Counted from the stretch's first letter, positions 25,007-40,107 are shown. The stretch is DNA of 64,000 bases from Eledone cirrhosa (GCA_964016885.1 OZ024744.1:111600001-111664000); one strand, 5' to 3'. Notes: a model not told the origin generated them from the letters alone. Numbers and translations: made by a program.

Positions 25007-28000
25007 TAAGAAATTTGACACCACGTGTACCATCCGAGTCTACCTCGACTATTGTGGAAAATACTATCGATAATGATAATAATCAAAAGTATAAACAATT
25101 GAACATTTCCCTCAACGAAATCTTCCAGAGAGAAATTAATTCATGTGTAAATATCTCTCTTGCTGAACGTGTTAAAACGACAATGTTTAATAAAAAAAAC
25201 CAAATAATGAAATACTACGTGTTATTGACGAAATAGGGGATGAATATTTACGACGGATAAAAACCCCAACATTTTGACAAATCAACGCCTGTTTATATGC
25301 CTTAGCAACGACAGTGAAGCATTATCTTGATGACAGCAGAGATATTAACAAGAACAAAACACCACCAAAAATACCATCATATGTAAGTAAAATAGAAAAA
25401 AAAAAGATTACTGACTTACGAAAAACCATAGGATATGTGACAATGCTCCTTACATGTAAACAAACACAAAAAACCTCACTCCTCACCAACAAAGAGTGAA
25501 AAATAAAATAGAGACGATGTTTGGTGACAGTACAATCAGAACTTCAATATAAGCTGATCACGCTCAAACAAGAAGTGAGCTGTCAGCGAGAATCATCGAT
25601 ACCCGAAGAAGGTAGATGAAAGAAAAGTGCTTAATAAAAGATTGAGACGAAACCAAACATCAGGCTATAGAGAAATGAAGGGCAAAGTAATAAATGTCAC
25701 TGAGGCCCCATCCCAGAAAGACAGATTCCTTCTGGAGAAAAATATGGGGTGAAAAGAAGAATTTCAACTAAGATGCAATGTGGTGAAAAGAAATCCAAAA
25801 GAACTATTGCTCCTACGCTACAACAAAAACATACAAAATAAATGAGGATACCCTTGAGACTGTGATAGGAAAACTCCAAGATAAGAAAACACCAGGAAGA
25901 GACATGATTGTCAGCTACTGGTACAAAAAAGTAATATTCTATCGGAGGTATTTTACCGACCTCTACCCACAAGTTCGTAAGGGAGATACACTTATACCAG
26001 AATGGTTGGCATTACCACAAATAATACTGGTCCCCAATAACAAAGACACCCACTTGGCAAAAAACTACCGACCCATTGCATGCCAGAACCTAATGAATAA
26101 GATGTATACAGCCTGCCTGAACCTATTCCTCCAAGATCACTGTGAAAATAATAACATCATCACAGATAAACAAGCAACTGGAAAGAAAGGTGTTTGGGGG
26201 TGTGCTGAACAACTCCTAATCAACAAAACTGCAATGTCAGAGGTGTGACAACTTAGGAGGAATATGGCTATAGTCTGGCTGGACTACAGGGAGGCTTTTG
26301 ATTCTGTTCCCCACTCTTGGATGATAGAGGCCCTCCAACTTACTAAAGTCCCAGACATTATTATCAGAACTATAGGGAAGCTGTCTTCTTCTTGGGCTAC
26401 TATCCTAAAGTTAAAGACAGAGAAGGAGGACTCTATTTTCACTGATAAAATAGAATATCACAGAGATATATTTCAGGGAGACAGTCTCTCTGTGATATCA
26501 TTTATCCTGTCATTAAAACCCTTGTCCTTTCTGCTCAAGAAATGTGAAGGATACATCATTGGCTCACAGGACAGAAATACGAACTTAACCCATAATTTGT
26601 TTGTGGAAGAACATAAATGGGATGAATAAAAATTTTGACCTGTTTACAACATTCTCAAAGGATATAGGAATGGAGTTTGGTCAAGATAAATGTTCATATA
26701 TGACTGTAAAGCGGGGAATTACTACAACCCAATCTAGCAACATTTGTATCAATGGCCTAACTGTTTCACCAATATCTGATGAGGACTGCTATAGATACCT
26801 GTGGATAGATGAGAACATATCCTATAATGGTATCTGTACATAAGGAACACGTAACCAATATTACACTCGATTAAGAAAATTATGGTCATCGGAACTCTCC
26901 ACGCACAATAAAACAGTGGCTCACAATGTGTTTGCTGTGCCTGTCCTAACACCAACGTTTGGAATACTCGATTGGATGATAGACGAAATCCGAGCAATTG
27001 ATGTTAGGACTCGAAAAATACAAAACAACACCGAAAACTTCCATATCAACAGTGACATAGACCGCCTTTACTTGAAACGTAAGCAGGAGGCAGGAGCCCA
27101 ACATCAGTCCAGACAGCATTTGAGTGTCGCATCATATCCAACAACATCTACGAACCACCAAGCGCAGGAGCCCATCTACTGAGCATTTCTATCTGCATGA
27201 GACAGATAAGATCATGAGAGTTGGGAAGGAACTCCTTGAAAGGTATTCTCTGCCTGATAATCAAAATCTCACACCAAAGGAAGTCGCTCAGCAGTATCGC
27301 AGTGAATCCATGGATGAAAAACTCCATGCTTATCAGCAAATAATCTTGCATGTATATGTTGCCAGGAAGCTCCAGAGTGAGAGTAATATAGATAAGGAAA
27401 GTAGTCTATCTTGGACCAACAACCGCTATATTGGCTCCCACTTTGAAGGATACGCTTTTGCAATCCAATAACAGGAAATCAATATGAAATACCTGATTCA
27501 CAAAAGAGATATGGATGCAGGCAAAACACCTAGATGTGATAACAAGTGCAGACTCTGCAGAATTAACATCGAAGATGTCACCCATGTCATCAGCAGCTGT
27601 CCAAAGATGTCATCGCGGTACTATCTACCTATGAGGCATGATGTAGTGGCCAAAACACTGTACAATGCAATCCATAGAAAAGATAGCCCCGATAATAAAC
27701 ACATTAAAAGCTACAGCAATGTGGAAGACATACATATACATAATATGAAAGAGTACTGGTGGAATGTTCCAGTAAAAACCCCAATAAAATGCAGGCATAA
27801 CAGACCAGATATTATGATATGAGACAAGAAAAGAAGGCATGCACAGTAGTGGAAGTTAGCTACCCAGCAGATGACAATATAATATCAAAGATTAGCGAAA
27901 AGGAGAATATCTATGCAGAACTAATGAGAAATCTGCAGATACTCCACCCTGACTATACCTTCAGATTTATACCTGTGATTATTGGGGCACTGTGGTATGT

Positions 28001-28350
28001 TAGTAACTGCCCCAATACAAATCTTGAGAAGCTGGGCTTCACAGAAACAAAGAACACGACTAGTTAGGAAATTACAAGTACAATCCAATAATGGAGCAGT
28101 AAAAATCTGTTCAACATTTCAGAAATACAGCATGTAATAACTGCATATACACTTGTATAGACACAAAACATATACACATGCACACATACAAATCAAAACA
28201 TCCACATCCACACATACAATAACATCCATACCTGCACACACATGCATGCATATCTACCTAGTTGATGTGTAAATTCCAATGAGAGAGTCTTGTGTCTATG
28301 TTAGAAACCAACTCTCTCTCTATTGGCAAACATGTGTGAAATTATAAAAC
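25007..28350 (+). mobile_element. Degenerate R4-clade (RLE) non-LTR retrotransposon
   Basis: KTPGRD, NYRPIAC, WLDYREAFDSVPHSW, IFQGDSLS, CCHC finger CRLC..HVISSC, RHD, HNRPDI..VVEVS RLE domain, and IPVIIGAL. Many stops and frameshifts. Confidence 0.9.
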
Positions 28351-28479
28351 CAGAACATACATACACATATCTGTAGCTCAATATACACACAGATGTATAC
28401 ATTCACCCATACACACATGTGCATGGATATATCTCTTTCCCTACCAAACATTATATATTCATACATATATACTGAAGTA

Positions 28480-29205
28480 TTTAAGTTCATATATACATTT
28501 GTGGGGTGGGGGAGAATTAGTGAAATGGTAGTGTACCTCCGAGGGTTATCTTCTTCAATGATCGAATGTTTGAAAGTGTGGGTGTCATCAACTTCTATTT
28601 GGATACTTTTTTCAATATGCAATTTTTAATATAAAACCTATTACTGGAAGATGAAATATCATTTTTTTTGTGTTCAGTAGTGGTTTGTACTTTCTAGTGA
28701 AGAATTCTTTATATTTCGGAAATGTTCATTGTCCGACCATATCTTAAAGAAGGGGAAAATTGTGAATTTTCCCTTCCCGCATCATGCAAAGTGTTTTTAA
28801 GAAAGGGGTCTCTAATTTGTTGGTTATGGACCCTAATCCTGTCTTCTAGACCCATTCCAGTTTCTCCAATGTAGAACTCCTTAAATTGTGGGCAGGTTGC
28901 AGAATAAATTAAATTTTTTGTTTTGCAATTCATGTTTGCATTACCTTTGAAAATCTCATTGTTTCTAAAAGAGATTTGCCCTCCCTCCTCAATGTATTCA
29001 CAAGTTCCACATCGAGGGTCCCTGCATTTCTTAACTTGCATTGTTTCATTATCAGACGTAAATTTCCCCTTGGTAAGCAGTTTTTTTCAGGTTGGGAGCT
29101 TGGCGTCTACTATATATTATTTGTGAGTGTTTTATGAGTGCATTCATTTTAGGGGACTGCTGGAGAATCGGGAGATATTGTTTAGCAGCTTTCACTATGT
29201 TGAAG
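28480..29205 (-). mobile_element. PLE family D fragment (Cys linker + GIY-YIG)
   Basis: KCRDPRCGTC..MNCKTKNLIYSATCP..FYIGETG..RIRVHNQQI (Neptune/Hydra-like CX4CX2C linker). Left boundary approximate. Confidence 0.8.
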
Positions 29206-29410
29206 TTCCTACATTGCAAAATTATAAAATTAAAATGTTATAGAATACTAACTACAAGTTCTTTTCATTTTTTCAAATATACCTAACTGTACCAAGGATC
29301 TCACACATATTCCAATATTTATATATATATATATATATATATACGTTATTCCGGGTTGAATCGGAGGAAACCACAGTAAGTAAGGTACTCAATACATTAC
29401 AGAGTATAAA

Positions 29411-29630
29411 AGTTTTAATATAGATGAGATTCTACAGGACTAGAACTGTTTCATTCTTTAGAAATCATCAGGAATCTGGGTATCAAAAAATAAGTATGGT
29501 ATTTATAGGTCTCTCCTACCACTTGAAGAGACCTATAAATACCATACTTATTTTTTGATACCCAGATTCCTGATGATTTCTAAAGAATGAAACAGTTCTA
29601 GTCCTGTAGAATCTCATCTATATTAAAACT
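29411..29630. repeat. Perfect fold-back element with a hammerhead in each arm
   Basis: Identical inverted arms of ~104 bp around a 12-bp spacer. Confidence 0.93.
29564..29614 (+). ncRNA. Type I hammerhead (mirror copy 29427-29477, minus)
   Basis: AGATTC-CTGATGA-tTTC taaa GAAt-GAAA-CAG ttctagtc CTG-TA|GAATCT. All three helices present, GUA triplet. Confidence 0.85.
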
Positions 29631-30160
29631 ATATATATATATATATATGGTAGTAAGAAACTCTCAGGAGAGATGGACAGCAGATCTTCAGAGAAGAAAT
29701 TCCTCTCAAGCGAGTGTTTCGGCCCTTCTAACATTCTAAGGGGTCCGAGCCACATCCAAATCATGACTCCTACCCTTGGGTACCATTCTGCTGACATTTA
29801 GCCATTTGGAAATCAGAGACTGATTTGTGTGTATTTAAACTGTATGGAGATTTTGTTGACAGGATCTAGTTGAAACTAATTTCCATTGGCTCTACTTTCA
29901 AACTTATATTTAAACAGTTTCTTGTATTGGAAAAATAACGTTGGTAGTGATGGTAGTGGTGAGACATCAACAGTATTGCTGGCGCTATAAATAACTACAA
30001 CCTTGATATATTGGTTAACATTGACACCATAAAAGAACTTTCTTACTAATTTCTCAATCTTATAGACTTCCAGGATCCACTGATGGGAGAATTGGTGACT
30101 CACATTCCAGAGACTTTGGTGCCTTATCTCCAACACTTTTCTTTTCTCATTATAATAATA

Positions 30161-30352
30161 GGACGGTGGATTGGCAGTATCGGTAGAGGGCCGGACGCCA
30201 TGCTTTGACGCATGGAGTTACGGCCCTTGCCATTCTGAGTTCAAATTCCACCGAGCTTAACTTTGCCTTTCATACTTATGGGGTCGATAAAATAAAGTAC
30301 CAGTAATATACTAGGTAATTGCTGGCCTTTTGTGCCAAAAGTAGAAACAATT
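30161..30352 (+). mobile_element. Full-length SINE with TSD
   Basis: ATTATAATAATAG on both flanks. Confidence 0.9.
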
Positions 30353-30737
30353 ATAATAATAGAAGATTGTCTATATCTTGATAAATCTCATGAAATATAA
30401 GCAATATTTTATTATCATAGTTTTCACCCAAATGATAAACAGTGTTTTATTACATATTCTGACAATTATACTTTATTAATATCTAATACACAAACACTTG
30501 TGTGTGTAAAGGAAGTGGTTGACTTAAGAAAAGAGTGCATCCCAAAATAATTGACCAAATCAGTGGTGAGCCTCTGGGCACTTTTATCCATCTCTAGGTT
30601 TATTTTACCTAATTTTCTCAAATATTATTTCTAGTGGTTGACAATTATTATGGTCATTTGTGTCAGGATGTACAAATTTCAAAATATATATATATGTATT
30701 ATCTGACTATTTTTCAAACTTATAATATATATATATA

Positions 30738-31935
30738 TTGTTATACTTTGGGAGGGTCATGTTGCCAATAAGAAACACACGCACCAGTTGCTTTCACTCC
30801 AATTTATTATAAATTAAATTTATAAATTTCCGGTTGGTTGGTTGGTTGGTTCCACAACTGGACGGTTGTTCATATATTGTCAAAGTTCTTTCGTCACACA
30901 TTCTGTGACCTCTTCAGTGACTAGGGATTCTTCTCTTTGTTTTGTGCCTCTCCTTTGTTCTGTCCTACGCCATCTTGTTTTTGTGTGTTGTGTTTCATTT
31001 GCGCATGTGTTACATCCGGGTGTCTGTGTGTGTTTTTATTTGTTTATTTATTTGTTTATTTACATGTTACTGGTTGGTTGTTTGTTCTATGTATGTGTGT
31101 TTTCATTTTGTCCTTAATTGTAAGTTGTGATGTTGCTATTCCATTCATGTTTCCTATTTAATTTTGGTTGGAGTTCATTTATGTGTATTGTCTCTGTAAT
31201 TTGTCTAAACATTGCGTCTTTTCTGTGTCTAGATTCTATTTTTATTTCTATGTTCTCTAATTTACCCTTATGTTCTATTTTAACATGTTGGTGGAGTACA
31301 GATGATTCTTTACTATCTTGAAGCTCTCACCAGTGTTCATTTAATTGTTCTCCTACACTACGAGCTGTCTCACCTTCTTATCTCTACATTGTCCTTCAGT
31401 ACATCTTATGCTATATACTATGTTTCTAGTTTTACAGTTAATATGGGGGATTAGCTTACAGATTATGCATTTCTTATCTATACAGGGAGGTCTTTGAAAA
31501 GGGTATGTATTACTAATCCAACCAAAACCAAAACCAAAACACACACACATAGAACAAACAACCAATCAGTAACATGTAAATAAACAAATAAAAACACAGA
31601 CACCCGGATGTAACACATGCGCAAATGAAACACACAACACACACAAAAACAAGATGGCGTAGGACAGAACAAAGAGAAGAATCCCCAATCACTGAAGAGG
31701 TCACAGAATGTGTGACGAAAGAACTTTGACAATATATGAACAACCGTGTTGTTGTGGAACCAACCAACCAACCAACCAACCGGAAATTTATAAATTTAAT
31801 TTATAATAAATTGAAGTGAAAGCAACTGGTGCGTGTGTTTCTTATTGGCAACATGTCCCACCCAAAGTATATCAATATCGGTTTCAACACACGTTTTCAG
31901 ATAAAGAATCTTGCTAAACAAATTCAGAAACGATA
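30738..31935. mobile_element. PLE family C second copy with inverted pLTRs
   Basis: Homologous to 1477-3145. Minus-strand GIY-YIG remnant. Hammerheads at 30879-30921(-) and 31688-31730(+). Confidence 0.87.
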
Positions 31936-32038
31936 TATATATATATATATAGAATTAATAAATCTGTACTCCAATGTTACTAGGTAGTCGCATTGGATGG
32001 AGTCAACCGACGTCGGAAATTGCTCAACATATAATTAA

Positions 32039-32155
32039 AGGTCTGACGACATGGTGTGTTCTCTTACAGTGTACCTACGATTTATGATAATATTTTTATA
32101 TTATACAAATAGCGAGGTATAGGCAACCCACACACTATAGAAACAATTGTTACCT
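32039..32155 (+). ncRNA. Type I hammerhead with expanded stem II
   Basis: AGGT-CTGACGA-c-ATGGTGTGT..[long hairpin]..ACACACTAT-a-GAAA-C aatt G-TT|ACCT. Confidence 0.75.
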
Positions 32156-32197
32156 AATATATTCTTTATACCCGCATTTCCATTTCATAAACTTCTT

Positions 32198-32257
<60 letters not shown>

Positions 32258-32494
32258 ATTCACAGACACATAAGTTGATAGGTTTGCTTTCCTCTCATAA
32301 GAATAACAAATATATATTTTATTGTTTTTCCTTTGCTCTACAAACTGCAATTTACCTAAAATAAGGTATCCTCGATGGAGAAATTATATTAACGGATTAC
32401 AAAATGAGGAAATGATACCTGACAACTCTTGTATCATTGGCATGTTCGAAATTGAAAATATTTGTTTGGGATCAATATTTTTCTTGAAAACCAT

Positions 32495-32850
32495 AATAAT
32501 AATAGTAGTAGTAGTAGTGGTGGTGGTGGTGGTGGTGGTGGTAGTAGTAATAGTGGATGCGGTGGTGGTAGTAGTAGGAGCAGTGGTGGTGGTGGTAGTA
32601 GTAGTGTTGGTGGTGGTGGTAGTAGTAGCAGCAGCAGTAGTGGTAGCAGTAGTAGTAGTGGTAGCAGTAGTTGTAGTAGTGGTAATAGTAGCAGCAGCAG
32701 TAGTAATAATAGTAGTAGTAGTAGCAGCAACAGTAGTAGTGGTAGTAGCAGCAACAGTAGTAGTGGTAGTAGCAGCAATGGTAACAGTAGTAGTAGCAGC
32801 AGTAGTGGTAGAAGTAGCAGCAGTAGTAGTAGTAGTGGTAGTTGTAGCAA
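32495..32850. repeat. Mixed trinucleotide microsatellite (TAG/TGG/CAG)
   Basis: Low-complexity triplet run. Confidence 0.95.
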
Positions 32851-33237
32851 TGATATTCTCTACTGTAATGTTCGTTGTGAGAAATTCAACTTTTGGTAAG
32901 AAAAAAGGGATTTTTTTACGAAGGAAGACTACAGGAAAAAAAAAAAAAAATTTCTTGTAGAACAATAAGGTTCTTTGAAAATGACAAACAGACATTTCTT
33001 TTAGGTTCTTCATTTTTTTTTGTTTTATTATTTCAAAAGGAGAGAGAAAAAAAGAAAAAAAAAACAATAACAAAAATTTAAAACAATAACAAAAAAATTA
33101 ATAATTAATAACCTTTTTCCAGAGGAAATCATGTTGAGAGTTCCAGTACATATTGGAGAGGAACAATTAAACCAAAATAAAATATTTACTTTTTAGACAA
33201 AAGATGGGAATGGGAGAATATATATATATATATATAT

Positions 33238-33268
<31 letters not shown>

Positions 33269-33310
33269 ACTATATAATTTTTATATATATGTATATATAT
33301 ATAATATTTA

Positions 33311-33575
33311 ACCTCAATTGGCCGTGCACCCTTTAACATTACACCAAAACACATCAAAGCAGAGACAGACCCCATTAAGTTCAAGAAGTCTTTGGATAAA
33401 TTCCCTCAAGAAATCCCGGATAAGCCTCCCACACCTGGATATGCCTCCATAAACAATAACTCTTTGCTTGAGTGGGCCATGGTGCCCAAACACTGATGTG
33501 TAAGACTTCGCCAGGTGGTGCTATTAAGTTAGACATGGCCTGGGTCAATACTGGCCGAAACCTATCAAAGTTATT
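33311..33575 (+). mobile_element. 3' end of a CR1/L2-group LINE
   Basis: FNITPKHIK..FKKSLDKF.QEIPDKPPTPGY..NSLLEW, then a GGCC..GGCC stem-loop tail. Tail fragment repeated at ~63950-63993. Confidence 0.65.
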
Positions 33576-33576
33576 T

Positions 33577-33846
33577 AATGTATATATATATATATATTAT
33601 ATATATATATATAATATATATATATATAATATATATATATATAATATATATATATATACATATGTATTATATATATATAAATAATTAAGTTATATATTAT
33701 ATATATATCTCTCTCTCTCTCTATATATATATATATACATATAAATATATATACATATATATTATATATAGAAATAATGAATTTATATATATATGTATAT
33801 ATATTATATATAGAAATAATGAATTTATATATATATATATATATAC

Positions 33847-33879
<33 letters not shown>

Positions 33880-33928
33880 CATATATATATACATGTATAC
33901 ATACATATATATATACATGTATATATAC

Positions 33929-33963
<35 letters not shown>

Positions 33964-34408
33964 TATAAAATATATATGTATCTATATACATAATCATCAT
34001 CATCATATATATATATATATAAATATATATCATATATATAGATAATATATACATACGTATATATACATACAATATATGCATACAAATATATACTATTTCT
34101 CATTCTTTCTTCTGATGAAGGACTAGCGTCCGAAACGTTAAGACCTCTTCCTAATATATACCTTCCATATACTGTACCGATTGTGTTGTGTTGTTATATA
34201 TATGTATATATATACATATATATGTATATATATACGTATATATATATATATATACATATGTATATATATACACACACATGTACATATATATATATACACA
34301 TGTATATATATATATATATACACATGTATATATATATATATCTACATATAGACACACATATATATACATATAGATTTATATATATATACTTATACACACA
34401 CATAGATT

Positions 34409-34444
<36 letters not shown>

Positions 34445-35230
34445 CATATTCACATATATACACACAGCATATATACATATATATACACATATATATATAT
34501 ATACATGTACACACATATATATATATATGTATACATGTACACGTATCATATATACATATATTTACATATTCATATATACACAGCATATATATACATATAC
34601 CCATACATACATACATATATACATATACACATATATATACATATACATAATTTACATAATTATATACATATATAAATACATACATATATGCATATATAAA
34701 TACATACATATAAACATATATATATATAAATACATACATATAAACATATATATATATAAATACATACATATATACATATATAAATACACACATATAAACA
34801 TATATATATATAAATACACACATATAAACATATATATAAATACATACATATAAACATATATATATATAAATACATACATATATACATATATAAATACACA
34901 CATATAAATATATATATATATAAATACATACATATAAACATATATAAATATATAAATACATACATATAAACATATATATATATAAATACATACATATAAA
35001 CATATATATATATAAATACATACATATATACATATATAAATACATACATATAAACATATATATATATATAAATACATACATATATAAATACATACATATA
35101 AACATATATATATATATAAATACATACATATAAACATATATATATATATAAATACATACATATATATATATATATATCCATATACATACACATATATATA
35201 CATATCTATATATACACATAAATATATATA
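33577..35230. repeat. Degenerate (TA)/(CA) microsatellite field
   Basis: Almost wholly TA/CA with higher-order units. Confidence 0.95.
34108..34143 (+). ncRNA. Isolated minimal hammerhead lacking loop III
   Basis: TCTT-CTGATGA-a-GGAC tagc GTCC-GAAA-CGTT|AAGA, with palindromic AACGTT. Confidence 0.75.
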
Positions 35231-35307
35231 TCCAGGGGGGTGTAACTTGGAGTTAGTGCAGGATCACCCGGGAGAGCAAGATATATATATATATATATAC
35301 ATATATA

Positions 35308-35950
35308 CATTTGAAAAAAAAAGGAAAAGAATGACTTTACTTGTAGTTGTAAAGAAATTGATTTAAGTTAATAATATTTGTTTCTACTTTAGGCACAAGG
35401 CCAGCAATTATTATGAGTTGGTAGATCTAGTAAGTTCTTTGTTAACTTCAGTGGGAAGATTTAAAGGAATTAAAGTGTACACATACACACACATATATAC
35501 ACAGAAAATGGTGGATGGTGACAGCATGATAATGGGTTGGGAGAGCTGTTTTTTTTTTTTTTTTTTTAAGGAAAGGGGTTGTCACCATTTTCTGTGTATA
35601 TATATGTGTGTGTGTACGTATGTTTTTATTCCTTTAAATCTTCATCACACTCCTTCACTCCCAAACAACCCCACCCTCCAGTCACATCCAAATCTCTCTT
35701 ATATATATAGAGAGAGAGACACACATCACAACACACCTGATCTCAGTTTAACAATCGCCACCGATGAATGCGAGAAAGTTCTTCAGGGAAGTTAACCAAG
35801 AATCTTTAAAAATCTTCCCACTGAAGTTAACAAAGAACTTACTAGATCTACCAACACATAATATTATTATAATATTATATTAAATCAAATTATTTAACAC
35901 TACGAGTGAAGTCATTCTTTTCCTTATTACAAATACAAATAACTGTACCA
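35308..35950. repeat. Nested fold-back repeats
   Basis: 35418-35466 pairs with 35805-35855. Inner palindrome at 35455-35643. Outer ends match the 10290-10490 family. Confidence 0.75.
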
Positions 35951-35987
35951 AGATATGTATATACACACATATATATATATATGTGTC

Positions 35988-36032
<45 letters not shown>

Positions 36033-36337
36033 GTATGTATATATATGTATAAGTATATATATATATACGTGTATGTATACATATATCTATATGTATATGT
36101 ATAAATATATATACATATGTATATGTATATATATACATATACATATGTATATGTATATGTATATATATATATACATACATATGTATATATATATTTCAGT
36201 CCAGAAATAGCCATCGAAACGGCTTGAGCTCTGCCTTCGGGGTCTTACCCTTTCCTATTACCCACTCTACTACTCTAAGTATTGAGTACTCTGTTGCGTT
36301 ATGGTCTATCTGGTTCCTTACCAACAATTCCTTCGTT

Positions 36338-36524
36338 ATATATATATATATATACATACATACATACATCTATCCATCCATATACATATATATATATATG
36401 ATGATGATATACATATATATACATACACATACATATACATATAAATATACATACATATATACATACATATATACATATACATACATACATACAAAACATA
36501 TATATATATATATACGTACATACA

Positions 36525-36562
<38 letters not shown>

Positions 36563-36593
36563 CAAACATATATATATATATATACATACAAAC

Positions 36594-36624
<31 letters not shown>

Positions 36625-36725
36625 CAAACATATATATATATATATATATACACATACAAACATATATATATATATATATATACATACAAACATATATATA
36701 TATATATATATACATACATACAAAC

Positions 36726-36757
<32 letters not shown>

Positions 36758-37449
36758 GTTTGTATGTATGTATATATANNNNNNNNNNNNNNNNNNNNNN
36801 NNNNNNNNNNNNNNNNNNNNNNNNNNNNNNNNNNNNNNNNNNNNNNNNNNNNNNNNNNNNNNNNNNNNNNNNNNNNNNNNNNNNNNNNNNNNNNNNNNNN
36901 NNNNNNNNNNNNNNNNNNNNNNNNNNNNNNNNNNNNNNNNNNNNNNNNNNNNNNNNNNNNNNNNNNNNNNNNNNNNNNTATTATTATATATACCATACAT
37001 ATCACACATATATATATATATATATCATACACATATATATATATCATACATATATATATATATCATACATATATATACATCATACATATATATACATATA
37101 GATATATATACATACATACATATATATATATATATCATCTTCGTTTAACGTCCACTTTTCACGCTTAGACTCTCTCTTTATATATACATACATATATATA
37201 CACACACATATATATATATACACATATCTACATATATATACACACATATATATATACACACATATATATATATATACACACATAAGAGGATGAATATTCA
37301 TCCTCTATTCATTATTTTTTTCTCCCTTTCATCTAACTTATTCATGCTCATCTCACAATATATCCTGACTTACATTACTTCTGTGTTTTTTTAATAATAC
37401 ATATCAACATTTTCTTTCCATCGCACATATTATTAAACCCTATATATAT

Positions 37450-37494
<45 letters not shown>

Positions 37495-37803
37495 TATACA
37501 TATATATATATATACATACACACACATATATATATATATACACATATATATATACATATACATATATATATACATATACATATATATATACATATACATA
37601 TATATATACATATACATATATATATACATATACATATATACACATATATATATACATATACATATATATATATACACATATATATATACATATATATATA
37701 TACACATATATATATACACATATATATATATACACATATATATATACACATATATATATATATATACACATATATATATACACATATATATATATATATA
37801 CAC

Positions 37804-37879
<76 letters not shown>

Positions 37880-38177
37880 ATATATATATATATACACATA
37901 TATATACACATATATATATATACATATACACATATATATACACACATATATATATACATATATATACATATATATATACATATACACATATATATACACA
38001 CATATATATATACATATATATATACACATATATATATATACATATATATACATATATATACACATATATATATATACATATATATACACATATATATATA
38101 TACATATATATACACACATATATATATATACATATATACACATATATATATATACATATATATATACATATATACAC

Positions 38178-38208
<31 letters not shown>

Positions 38209-39144
38209 CACGTATACATATATACATATATATACATACACATATATATATATACATATATATACATACACATATATATATATACATATATACACATATA
38301 TACATATATATACACGTATACATATATACATATATATACATACACATATATATACATACACATATATATACATACATATATATATACACATACATATATA
38401 TACACATATACACATACATATATATACACATATACACATACATATATATATACATATACACATACATATATATATACATATACACATACATATATATATA
38501 CATATACACATACATATATATATACATATACACATACATATATATATACATATACACATACATATATATATATACATATACACATATATATATACATATA
38601 CACATATATATATACATATACACATATATATATACATATACACATACATATATATATACACATACATATATATATATACATATACACATACATATATACA
38701 CATACATATATATATATATACATATATATTCATATACACATATATATATATATATATACATATACACATATACATACATATACACATATATATACACACA
38801 TATATATATACACACACATATATATACACACACATATACACATATATATATATACACATATATATATATACACACACATATATATATACACAAACATACA
38901 TATATATACATATATATACACACACAATACATATATATACATATATACATACACACACATACATATATATATATACACACACACATGCATATATATATAT
39001 ATATATACATACATATATATATATACACACACATGCATATATATATATATATATACATACATATATATATACATATATATACACACGCATATATATATAC
39101 ACACATATATATATATACACACATATATATATACATACACACAC

Positions 39145-39175
<31 letters not shown>

Positions 39176-39460
39176 CACATATATACATATATATATATAT
39201 ATATATACACATATATACATATATATATATACATATCCATATATACACACACACATATACTATATACCCATATATATATACATATACCCATATATATATA
39301 CACATATACCCATATCTATATATATATATACATATATACATATCACATATACCCAATTATATATATACATATATATAAATATACGCACACATATATATAC
39401 ACACATATATATATACACACATATATATATACACATATATATATATATATACATATATAC

Positions 39461-39513
<53 letters not shown>

Positions 39514-39518
39514 CATAT

Positions 39519-39549
<31 letters not shown>

Positions 39550-39720
39550 TACACACACATATACACACATATACACATATATACACACACACACACATAT
39601 ATATACACACACACATATATATATATAGACATATACAGATATACATATGTATATACATTCATATATATAAACATATATATATATATATATATAGTTATAC
39701 ACACACACATGTATATATAA
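36338..39720. repeat. Very long (TA)/(CA) microsatellite field
   Basis: TA/CA tract interrupted by the gap and short unique islands. Confidence 0.95.
36779..36978. other. Assembly gap (200 N)
   Basis: Run of n. Confidence 1.
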
Positions 39721-39983
39721 TAAAATTGAACTAATATAGATTTTGGTACAAGTATGCCAATGTAATATTGTTATGGTGGTGGTTCTTTATTTATTGTTTT
39801 CCATTGTTATTTTTTAATTTTTTTGGGGGGTTCCAAACTGATCCTTAAAACAGGAACAACAGCTTTAGACTTCATGTATAAAAAAATGGGAATTTTGTAA
39901 TATTTTTTAAATTTCGTTTTCATTAACTGGAGGAATTCAAAGATTGTCAAAGATGATTATATTTATTTACATATACACGCACA

Positions 39984-40019
<36 letters not shown>

Positions 40020-40029
<10 letters not shown>

Positions 40030-40074
40030 TATGTGTTTACATGAACAAAAATAGAGTACTTAATATAACAGTGT

Positions 40075-40107
<33 letters not shown>

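Noticed and set aside
26770-26800. CTGATGA inside the R4 RT region (similar hits at 18319 and 23226)
   Set aside because: Lies in coding remnants without supporting helices; chance 7-mers.
29680-29750. Possible type II hammerhead on the minus strand (GAAAC..CTGAAGA)
   Set aside because: Stem II halves are not complementary and there is no valid NUH or stem III.
29876-30136. ORF with a KVVVIYS motif, perhaps an APE endonuclease relic
   Set aside because: Too short and degenerate to support a call.
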